From Pelomyxa schiedti (Eukaryota; Protista; Evosea), in contig JAHLWZ010000794.1 of NCBI GenBank assembly GCA_020536535.1, forward strand, positions 62,001 to 126,000: a stretch of 64,000 bases of DNA, written 5' to 3'. The position numbers and the translations under genes are program-made. This document shows positions 38,091-48,380 of this stretch, piece by piece. The notes beneath the pieces are model-generated. The model was not told the origin of the DNA. It saw only the letters and a list, made by a program, of their open reading frames with translations, and did not search any database. Position 1 is the stretch's first letter. Every line of letters begins with the position of its first letter.

Positions 38091-39518
38091 TTAATCCATT
38101 TTTGCATCTCGAGAGGGGAATAGTGTGATGGCGATTGGAAGCAATCCCTGGTGGAGTCTGGCAAGGCTCATTTCGAACAATTCAGTGCCTGTAAGTGCAT
38201 CAGTTACTGTGTGGGAAGCTGCATGCACGCTGGTGACATTCCTGTATGGCATTTGGAACCTGTTGAATCCCGTGTTGATTCGCTTTTCCACTGCAGCAAG
38301 TCTTGTTGAAGTGGTAACCAGCAAGCCACAACCAGCAACCACTGAGAGGAGAGGTAGTCTTGGGTGCTGGTGGGTGAGGCAAGGTACATTCTGGTGGCCT
38401 TGTTTTGGCTTGCACAATTCTGAAACATCAAACACCGAGGTTGAGCTGTGGTCTGCTGTTGTGGTCCCGAGGTGTGTGTCGTCAACTGCCTTCACCTCCA
38501 CTCCTGTTCTATCTTCAAGCCAGGTGGTGATGGTCCCTGTGCTCAAATCCAACAACTTATGCTGACTAATGAGATTTGCGGTTACTGTTCTGAAAGGGAG
38601 ATAGTATTTCGGGCCAAGTGTTCTGACACAAAGTGGATGGCACAACTCTTCCACAGAGACACCAATCAATGACAAGTTTCCCTTAGCAACGCAGTCGGAC
38701 TCTTTGATTGCACCATTCTTCATCGCAGTGTTCAAGTCAACATGAAAGCCAAACAGGTAGGAACCCTGAGCCAGTGCGGCCGTGGAGAACACCTCCAAAA
38801 GGTCAGACTCAGAGCTATACTCACTAGCAGGGTTCCAGAACCTCAGTGATCGGATGGTGCCTGGTATAGCACTGGCATCAATGTACGTCGCTTCTGACAG
38901 AATTCCATTAACGACCCTCCTCACAATCATGTCGTGATGCTCCATTGGGAAATGCCGCTGAATCGCCACGTACCATTTGGTATTGCATGCAGCAGCCTCT
39001 GTCCTTTGCCAATACTCAAACAATTTGAAGGGGGACACAGAGATAAACTTGGTGTTCTGGACGACGAGTCCCCCTGCTGTTGTTATCTTCACTGCTAGGT
39101 GAGGCCCAATCCACCCAACAGCAGTCCCACTATCGTCTGTCATCCGGATCGTCTCTGGACGAGAAATGAGGCCAAGAGTGTACGATACACTGAACAAGAC
39201 TGAGAATCCTGTTTCCTCAACGCCAGCGGCAGGTATCGACGCCATGCGCTCGGACGGATCAGGCGGAAATCTGACCAGCACCGCCCGCTCCACTCTCATC
39301 ACCCACCTGCGGCAGATTGACTCCACGACCCACAATGGCAAGTCGCCGACGTGGCCGGCTCCGCCTAGGTCGGGCGCGCGCCTGCGATTAGAGCTGCGGG
39401 CGGATGCAAACGCCAGGGCCTGATTTCGGGCAAGGAGAGGCCACATTTTTATGATACCGACGGTGGTGTCGTCGCACCTCATGTCGTTTTTGTCGATCTG
39501 TAAATAGACAAGAAACAT
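38091..39518 (-). CDS. Intronless lineage-specific hypothetical protein (probable beta-rich C-terminus)
   Basis: 475-aa uninterrupted ORF. The N-terminal ARNQALAFASA..R and FSVSYTLGLI pattern resembles, from memory, expanded orphan families of Pelomyxa. No recognisable catalytic motif. Confidence 0.7.
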   Translation of the reverse strand: MFLVYLQIDKNDMRCDDTTVGIIKMWPLLARNQALAFASARSSNRRRAPDLGGAGHVGDLPLWVVESICRRWVMRVERAVLVRFPPDPSERMASIPAAGVEETGFSVLFSVSYTLGLISRPETIRMTDDSGTAVGWIGPHLAVKITTAGGLVVQNTKFISVSPFKLFEYWQRTEAAACNTKWYVAIQRHFPMEHHDMIVRRVVNGILSEATYIDASAIPGTIRSLRFWNPASEYSSESDLLEVFSTAALAQGSYLFGFHVDLNTAMKNGAIKESDCVAKGNLSLIGVSVEELCHPLCVRTLGPKYYLPFRTVTANLISQHKLLDLSTGTITTWLEDRTGVEVKAVDDTHLGTTTADHSSTSVFDVSELCKPKQGHQNVPCLTHQHPRLPLLSVVAGCGLLVTTSTRLAAVEKRINTGFNRFQMPYRNVTSVHAASHTVTDALTGTELFEMSLARLHQGLLPIAITLFPSRDAKMD

Positions 39519-39599
39519 TAGAACACGAAGTTGGAGTGCCGCAAAAAAACCTTTGTTCTTTCCGGTTGGTCGTCTTCCAAGTCGTCGTATCGTTGATTA

Positions 39600-42500
39600 T
39601 GCCTACTCCATACAGTAAAGTACTGAGTCATAGGTCCAGTCACCTCATGATAGATCTGCATTCAAAAAAGCTTCACCTTCAAAGACCTCATTGAACACCG
39701 AAGGTACAACAATTTGTTGCACAATGTACACCACTGGAACAATATTAATGTATAAGGGGTGTGAAGGAAACATACGGATTCTGCGTATGGGAAAATTGAA
39801 TAGTTTTTGCAATTCAAGGTTTTACAGCATCAGCTTCGAAACTCCATCCGCAGGAGGCAATTTGAGTGACTGGAACTTGAAGATGTTGAGGCACCCCAAT
39901 GCACAAACATCATATCAATCCCAAAGTCATGCTTCCGTGCACCAAGCAGTCACCCTGGGCCTTGTACAACCTAGAAGCACACATATAGGCAGGAGGAGTG
40001 TTAAACATTGTGGCCGACTTGGTTTGGCATCCACTCACTCCTCTGGGCGTCTCTCAGTGTGAGCATCAAGAAAGTTTCGCAATAATCGTGGTGATTAGAA
40101 GAACAGATACCGACTGTAAATAAAGAAGTTTGGCCTCACATTACCATCCATCACCTGACTTGAAACAAATTTGTGGGACGATACCCGCAGACGTTGAACG
40201 CATGATCGTACACCCGAAAGGAAAATTTCACGGAATTGGCCCCAACTTAGTGCTTCGATACAGAAGAGGCACACAAGAAATAAAACAAGGCTATTTCTTA
40301 CAATCACGTTAGACTACCTCAACGGAAAGCTAGCACCTCAACAAACACAGCATAGAAATCAACACCACCTTGATTGAGTGGCTCGTTGCAAAAGGATGTG
40401 CATGATGAAGACGTGCACAAGTGCAGGTCTCCGTCAATTCCAAGCCCAAATTTGCCTCCCCTATAAAATGTGAGGGAAATGGTGTGAAGCCGGTTTCGTA
40501 CTCACCCTCCACCCACTGCAAGAAGTTTGTGCTCAACGAGTAGCATCATATTTGGGCCATTCCTGGTTGCCTCATACTTGGCCGTAACTGGAAGTAGAGA
40601 AAATAAAAACCTGATTGTTTTGCTTAATGTTAGTGGTGGAGGAAATACAACAAAGCACAAACGTTTCTCCACATCCATAAAACTGATTCACAAGAATCCG
40701 CAGCTCATCGGCGATGTACGCACCAAGCAACTGAGGAAGGTGTCCATAAGTTAAAACGAGGATGGATAAAAAATACAAACATTTCCAGTTGAGGTATGAA
40801 TCAGCATTACAAGAGGAAAGAAACCTTGGCACATTGTGTAAAGTGTGGATAGTGAGTAACCGTGCTTGGCGGCAATGAGGCCAATAATGAACGAGTTGGG
40901 GGAGGTGAGTGGCATACTCGTTTGGTAGAAAATAGCACAAATGGTTCCATGATTTGATAGCGTGATGGCAACAATTTCCACAATCGGAAAAGCTGCATTT
41001 GTTGACTAAAGTATTAAAAATAGGGGAGGTTTATAACCTGCAAATCAGAAAGAAGATCTGATGGGTTCTTGGTTATTTCATAATTTGCTTCAAGAGAAGC
41101 TGTTTCGCTACTTTTAACAGTGAACGAAAAGGCAACCTTAAGAATAAAGATTAAAATAGGAGACGGAGTGATTGTAAATGTTTACTTGAATCATTTCTGT
41201 TGGTTGTATGCCTCTTGCATATTGCTGCAGTTTAGAGATGAAGTCTGATGCATTGGTCGCAGTCTGTAAAGCCGAGGATGACAAAAGGAGAACAGCCAAA
41301 CCAGCTCTTAAAATTATGGATTTTCCTTCACTTAGGAAGCTAGCGGAAAGGGAGTTGGTAAATGTTTGTGAGGAGTTGAGTGCTACCAGTCCACGACCCG
41401 CAGTAGTGTAGATGAAGAGAGCGTCGATACAAAAAGCCGGGAAAACCACAGTTCAGAAAAATCAGAGCACTTAACTCCTAATTCTACCATTTCTGTGAAA
41501 AGGTAAGTTTCCTGAAACGAGGAACTGGATTTGTTCACTTTGTGCTGTATTTGGCAAATGGTCATTCACCAGCAATTGGAAATGTGACAATAGCTGATCG
41601 AACTGAGCCTTATTCACAGGAAAGTAGAAATCATGAACAAAGGATTTGTATAATGACAGAAATGCGACGCAGTATGACTGTTCAACAGTCAGGTTCTGCA
41701 ATAACAAGCTCACTGCATTTGGGGAACGAGATAAGGATTGATTTATGTGATAGTTTGGTGAGGACGCTCATTACCAAAGTCCGGCAAAAATGGAAGATAT
41801 AAATCAGCTGGTAGTTGTTGTTTAATCATCTCCAGGATTGTGTGCAATTCTTGTGGGCCAATTGGTGTTTCAACATGGTCTTCCACTCTAGATGCGATTA
41901 ATTATCGGGGATGGCTATTCATATATGGAACGAATGAGTTTGGTTCTGTGTTGTGAGGTCAGGGAATAATTACCTGAAAAGGGGATTAAAGTGCTTCAAT
42001 GTGGCTGAGCGGTTATTATTTGCATTTGTGAGAGTTGTGTTGCGAAGCATATCCTCGAACAATGTGGGATCTTGAAGGAGGTACATCGAGCATCCAGTGA
42101 CAAATAGCCAGCCTTGAACTCGAGCCACTATCCCTAAAGAACAAACTATGTAAAACAGATATCTTCTAGCCAAATGTAACAACCTTGTCTTATTTGATCT
42201 TTCAGGTCATCAGATGCAATTTCTTTAACACAAAGCAGAGCTTCCACAGCTCTTCTCCTGGCATCAAGCCGTCTCTTCCTTGATGGAACGAGTTTTACTG
42301 TGCTATCCTCTTGGTGGTGCCAAGTTACGAAAATAAAATGATATTCAAAAATCTGGGCGGGGTACCTTCTTGAGTGGGTGCATCCTTCTGAGAGAAGTGA
42401 ATTTGTAGGAGATGAAAATATGTTTCCCAAAATTCCGATTCAGATCTAGATGAGGAATAAACTGGAAGTTTTGGTTCTTAAAGGAAGGGTAAGAGTATTA

Positions 42501-44012
42501 CACACAAATCACTTTGGCAGAGACTTCTCATCATTTTTTCAAAAGCTGGAACTTTCTATAATACTGTTAGGTGACCTGGCGATCGAAGTGGGCAAACAGA
42601 CCTTCAAGATAGTCCTTTTGTGGTGTTCCCTCTCTTCAGGTGTTACAAACTGTTCTTGAAATTCGTTCTTCCTGATTTTTGTTTTTTGTTGAGGGTTTGA
42701 ACCTGCTGTAGAACAAGGGGGAGCATAAGAGGATTTTTCAACATGGTGAGAACTATGATGGTGATGCCGAGCGTGATGACGGACTTTTGTATTCTTGGAT
42801 GAGGGAGACTGATGTGGCCTGGAATGTCTGTGGTGTGATTGATTTGTAGTTCCTTGGTGTTCGGGGTGACCCACTCTCTGATGCTCTGGTTGTTGTCCCG
42901 TGGGAGGTCTATGCTTGTGTCGCCGGTGTGTGGAAGGCTTTCCCTCAATTCTAATTACAAGGCCTTTGGGTAGATCTGGCAACAAAGTGGAAAGCTCAGC
43001 AGTGTGCGGCTCCAAAGTGGATTGGGACACATCTTCCGCATGTTCAACGCCCACAGCGTCCGGTACAGAATCAATTTTAGGAGTACCACACACTGTGGAT
43101 ATTGCTGCCTCAGAGTGTATTGATCTGGGGCAATCTTCAGTATGACATGTCGAAGAAGAGACATCTGGAAGTGACAGCGGTGTGTGAGGAGATGCCAGTG
43201 AATGACTTGTCCCACACGATGATTCGATGTTCTTATTACCACATTGTTCTGGATTAGTTGCTGTCTGACATTGCTCCAATGAGACTGATGAGTACAAAAT
43301 TACAGTATTAATGTCACTCGGAAGTTGTGAAGATGCAGTTTGTACAGGGATGATTTCTGGTTGTGCTAACTCTTCGGCAGAATGCAAAAGCACTTGAATG
43401 TCCTGGATTGCCTTTGTGGGTAACAATTGCATAGGTGATGTGTTGCAGTGCTCTGCACAATCTGTGAGAGCCTTTTCTACTGGCGATTTTTCGGCAAGAG
43501 AGGTGGGGTTATTGATACTTGGTACTTGTGTGGAAGTGTTGCCAGAAGTTACCACAGTTGTTATGGACTTGAACATCTGGTCTTGCTGTTTGCGCTGTGA
43601 CAGAGTATTGGCAGCGGCCAAGAATTGCTCTGGCTTGCAAGCCATATCTGAAGCAAACTTGCACCACAAAGTGAACATAAAATCCTCTGTAGGCCCATAT
43701 TATTGAGTACTCTTATTCCCTCCTCCCCCCCAGATACTGCAACACCAACAAGCCAATGCCCAACAACAGATTAAAATTGTATGGGAAAGTTACAATACCA
43801 TCGAAATGAGTTGATGCCGACAAAGGGTCCCCTGATCCAGGTCCATTTCCACTCGCTACGGCGACGCTCGAAGATGACGACGCGGACGATACGTCTCGTT
43901 TCTCAGGCCGTGTGGTACGCGCACCAACGTGGTCAGCCGCCACGCCAACAGCAGTAGCAGGACATCCCCCCTGTGCCCTCCGCAGCCCACACACTAGTCC
44001 CAGATTGATCAT
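39600..44012 (-). CDS. Large multi-exon hypothetical protein with low-complexity His/Ser/Pro-rich N-terminal region
   Basis: 379-aa exon 42539-43678 followed by a chain of minus-strand coding-like exons bounded by GT-AG. No family recognised and both ends are approximate. Confidence 0.55.
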
Positions 44013-44774
44013 GGACCACCGTCAATGCCCCAACCCTCAAGATCTAGATCCGGTGCACCTCTCGCGTACCCAACGGGTATTTTTTTTTTTTTCTCCAACT
44101 CGCATGAGCGGCCAAAATGAAACGAGGCGTTTTTTGAAGATGCCACTACCATCAAAAGGTTGGTGACATGACACCGTTGGCTATGGTACTTCACCACCAG
44201 AAGGCATTTCAGACGCTCCCAGGGCACAGAGAGCAAGGACCATTTCTGCTCCATTTTTCCAGGGAAGGTGGAGTCCCAAAGCTCAAACGTCAATAAAGAG
44301 ATGTGTTTACAAGAGAAAACAGTTGCTTTATTTAAAAACACGGGTAAACAACAGACTGGGTGCGAGGATGGGTTGACAAAGAGCGGAAGAGACCCCAAGA
44401 GGCCACGAAGAGCCGCAAGAACCGCGAAGAGCCGGAAATGAGCAGTTGTCATCAGCTTATCTGGGGAAAAGTAAGTGTTGTTTATTGGTGGAGTTGAATT
44501 CACCTGAGTATTTGTTCCGTCGGGGGGTACTCTTCACCAGAGAGTGTGTCCGTATATGTGAAGGGAAGTCAGTGGAGTCGAAATTAATAGAATGGGCACT
44601 TACTTGGGGGTTTGAGACCCCCCGGAGGGTTCCTCCTGGCCTGCCTGCCTGCCTGCCTACCTGTGTCTGTGTTGGAGAGGAGTGGGAGTGTTCTTACGAA
44701 ATGAAGTCAGCCAAAGCAGGACACAGCCAAGTCAGCGGGAGTCAGAGTCAGAGTGAGGGGGGGAATGAATGATT

Positions 44775-45081
44775 TCCAGTCCAGCGTGACAAAATGTCGT
44801 CAAACTTATATTGACTGGACTGGAGGTGAATCCAGAGCATCACAAAATGTCGTGACACGTTCTGGGATTCGAGGCAGTGATCCGGTCCTGACAAAATGTC
44901 GTCACAGAAACACGGAAGACTGAACTGGTTTGACAAAATGTCGTCACCACCAGCCAAATGGGAATAACCCAACCCAGCCCAACCTTGACTGAATGTCGTC
45001 ACCGGTGGGCTGGGCAATCCGGGTCGAGACTGAATGTCGTCAACAAACCCGCTTTGGACTGACTGAATGTCGTCACGTCCA
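44775..45081 (+). ncRNA. Putative structured RNA: seven tandem hairpins with conserved apical TGAC-(AAAA/TGAA)TGTC-GTCA motif
   Basis: 16-nt repeats start at 44787, 44840, 44889, 44931, 44986, 45027 and 45060. Each is flanked by its own complementary arms. Copy 2 has a compensatory TCAC/GTGA change. Strand is inferred weakly from G-U pairs. The repeat structure is certain, RNA status is not. Confidence 0.55.
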
Positions 45082-46146
45082 GTATTGATATGCTGATTCC
45101 CTCCCCCCCTCCTTCCAGCTGCTGCAGCAGAATACGGCGCTCAGCATCTCGATTGAAATGCACCTATATCTGCACGAAAAAAAAAACAAAAAAACAAAAA
45201 AAGAATGGATGGATACTGAAGAAAAACCCAAAACCTATAACCCAAGTTATTATTATTATTATTATAAGAGTATAATAACCCAAAACAAACGTGGGAGAGT
45301 CAGAGCCCGCTCATGTCACGAGAGAGTCACCAAAACCAAACTCAGCAAACCCCCAGCCCCCAACAAAACACCACCACCAGCCTCATCCACTCCCAGACTC
45401 ACAGCACCAGGGCGCGCAAAAAAGGAGACCTGCACGGGGAAAAAAACAAAAAAACACGACACGACAAAGGATAAAAAAACCACGAGACAAAGGATAAAAA
45501 AAACAAGAGGGAATACGTGATATCACAGCAACCGAGGAGCGCATCTAGCCGGTCACGCACCCACGCACACCCCAACGACATGCTCTTGACTGTTTTTATT
45601 TTAATTTTGAAAAAAAGATCTCTTTCTCGGACTTAGGCGTGGAAGTTCAAGTTCAATGTGCAACTATTCTTGGGGCCTGACGCCAATAACGAGTTCAGAA
45701 TTCTAAAACAACCGAAAGAGAGAAGTCTTGGTGACAACCTCTACAACCTTGGAACTGTTCCATCAATGCCACACAGCGGATTGCGTACTCACACCTGTTA
45801 CAAGGAGAACGCGAAAGCAAACGAAAAAAAAAAAAAAAAGCAGATCTGGCGAATGTGTCGAAGGTGACTGCAAGTGTCGAAAAGCCAAAAACTTGACAGT
45901 GGTGCCCTGCCGATGATGGAGCAAGAACTGCCAGTTGTTGGTTGATGAGCGCTGAATCTCAGACTGGATCATCTGCTGCTTCCAAGTTTGAATCTTGTGC
46001 TTTTTAGTTATTGCGAGATCGGTGACTCACGGTCGTCAACGAGAAATCCTAAGAAAAAACGAGTAACAACACAAAAAGTAAAATACAGCCACAAACACTC
46101 GGGGGTCGGTAGTCAGTGCAGTGTAGGAAGCCATCGTTCGTCCCAC

Positions 46147-48198
46147 ATGCAGCAACAAAACTTCCCTCTTGTCAAGATCTCGATTGATGTGTCACCCAGT
46201 GGCGCGGGGTCTGACCCTTTCGCTCGTGTCACACAACATGGATCTACCAGTGTCGCCGCATTTGCCTCCGAAGTCGTTTCTCTGTTGGCAAAGTGGGGCG
46301 TCGCCCCGCCTTCATTGTCTTTCTCATTTGAACCATCGGCGTGGTCTCCCAGCGCCGCCGCAGTTGCTGCTGAGGTGGACAAGCAATTGCGGGAATACGG
46401 AAGAACCAACCCTGGTGTCGCCAGGGTGCCCATTATGCAGGTTTGTGTGCACTCTCTGGTCTAATAAACCTATTCCCTGAACTACACATATTTGTGGATG
46501 TTATTTACACACAAGGCTATCTCTTATGCTTTTCTCCCTTTTTTTCTGCTTATAGATGGCAGAGGCTACAGTAGGTTGCCCTGAAGCTTATTTCCTTGGC
46601 GATCAGGCCGACTTCTTAACTGGTGTGCGCAACTTCCTTGTTAATATCATGGAGGACAGACTCTGCCCAAATGGTGTCCAAGTGACAAACACCTGGTTGG
46701 TTCAGCTACTTACTGCCAGGATGAAGGTTTTTACATCTAGACAACCCTTCTTTGTAAGGATTTTCTAGATCATTAAGTTCATTGGGGCTCATCCCGAGAT
46801 TACTTCCATCAAACCCAAGCACCCAGTTTTTATTACAGGTCTACCAAGGAGCGGGATGACCCTTCTGCATTAGTATTTCTTAGTGCGTTCCAAACTTTCA
46901 ATTAACCCGATGCTAAGCCTCATGGGATCTAACCCTGACGCCCGAGCTCTTCGATTTTTTGAAATGACATGTAACATTTCAGTTTAGCTATAACTGGGTA
47001 TAACTAAACCATATTGTTTTCCAATAGATATGAGTGACCCAACAAAAGTTGTATCCACTTCACAGCAGTTAGCTTCCGATCCTCGAATTAACGAAGTACT
47101 TGTTAGGTATTGCTAAGTCATGACACTCACGACCATAGGTCAGCACAAACTGCGCTGAACTGGAGAAATTTTTCCCTGGCTATTTCTCGCGAATTGCGCA
47201 ATCACACTTTGCACACCCTTCGGCAATTGGTACATAGGACAGAGTAACTTGTTGGGCTGACTACCGTGAAGAGGAGGAAATTGGTATCATGTTCTACAAC
47301 TTCTGCTTCATGTTGCATATGGGCATGGCGAAACCTGCATTCACGGAATGGTTGCAGACTACTCAAACAAAAGGACATATTTACCGATTCCTGAGAGCAT
47401 TTATGCAAATGATTCAGAGGGTACTACAGAGAAGTTAGGCTAATTTAGTGACTCCACCTTTGCAGGGTGGTACATGGGAGTACAGCCACTGGGTTCTAAA
47501 GGCCCCTCTCCATATGCTTTACATCAATCAGCTTGTTGAGGAATTTGGTGATGACTGCCAAATTGTGGTAATGCACCGTAATCCAATCCATGCAATTCCT
47601 TCGCAATGCCGCTTAGTTGAAAGCTGGGTTTCTGATTTCTTCCAACCTGGATCATGTGATAGGCAATACATTGGCAGGTTTGTGCACTTGAAGTCTGTCC
47701 AGTTTTGATGGGTTTGTTCAGGCAGCAGATGGTTTTGTACAGAAAAGCGGTTGACACCATGATGGAGTGGGAGGCCAGAACAAATCCGGCCAAGTATATT
47801 AATGTCACCTATGAAGAGGTCTCTATTCCGATATTACCCCTACTCTTTTGAACTGAAAAATATGTACAGCTCATGCTTGACCCAATTGCTTGTGTGCAAA
47901 AAATATATCGTCACTTTGGCCTGCAAGCACCGTAAGTTCCCGTAACTTTGTCATCCTATCCTGACATTTTCGGAAATCCAGGAACGTTGACCTGCGACTT
48001 CTCACTTACACAATGCAACACAATCCCCAGACCAAATTCACCCGTGCCACGTGCGTAGTTCTCCAGCCCAATTGCGGAGTCAAATTAACCACAGCCACCA
48101 GGTACACCCCAGAAATGTATGGTCTCACCGCCGACGCCATTCAACAAGAATTTGCACCCTACGTTGGGTGGGCCACACAGAGAGGAATGTTACTCTAA
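46147..48198 (+). CDS. Sulfotransferase (Sulfotransfer_3-type), multi-exon
   Basis: PVFITGLPRSGMTLLH (5'-PSB loop), HWVLKAPLH, IVVMHRNP..AIPS (3'-PB), YEE|LMLDPIACVQKIYRHFGL, RYTPEMYGL. Confidence 0.88.
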
Positions 48199-48380
48199 AA
48201 AAAAAAAAAATCCAGCCGTTTTATCCGCTCACTATGAGAGATTTTTCGTGTTTCTCCTAAGCGAAACACATCCACATCACGGGGCGTAATGGCGTTGATG
48301 TGGCGAGGCAGTTCGTTTCCGGAAAAGCCAAAATCAACGACCGCAAAAAAAAGAGCCGGAAAGGAAGAAGTAGCCGAGAG

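Noticed and set aside
44748-45017. Minus-strand ORF with DDILS/TTFS repeats as a real protein
   Set aside because: Repeat spacing is mostly not a multiple of three, so the peptide repeat changes frame. It is a by-product of the nucleotide motif.
44787-45075. CRISPR array
   Set aside because: Repeats are only 16 nt, spacer lengths vary from 17 to 39 nt, the spacers are self-complementary stem arms, there are no cas genes, and the context is eukaryotic.
45090-45581. Small spliced minus-strand gene starting MSLGCAWVRD
   Set aside because: Plausible splice signals, but no consistent reading frame or homology could be established by eye.
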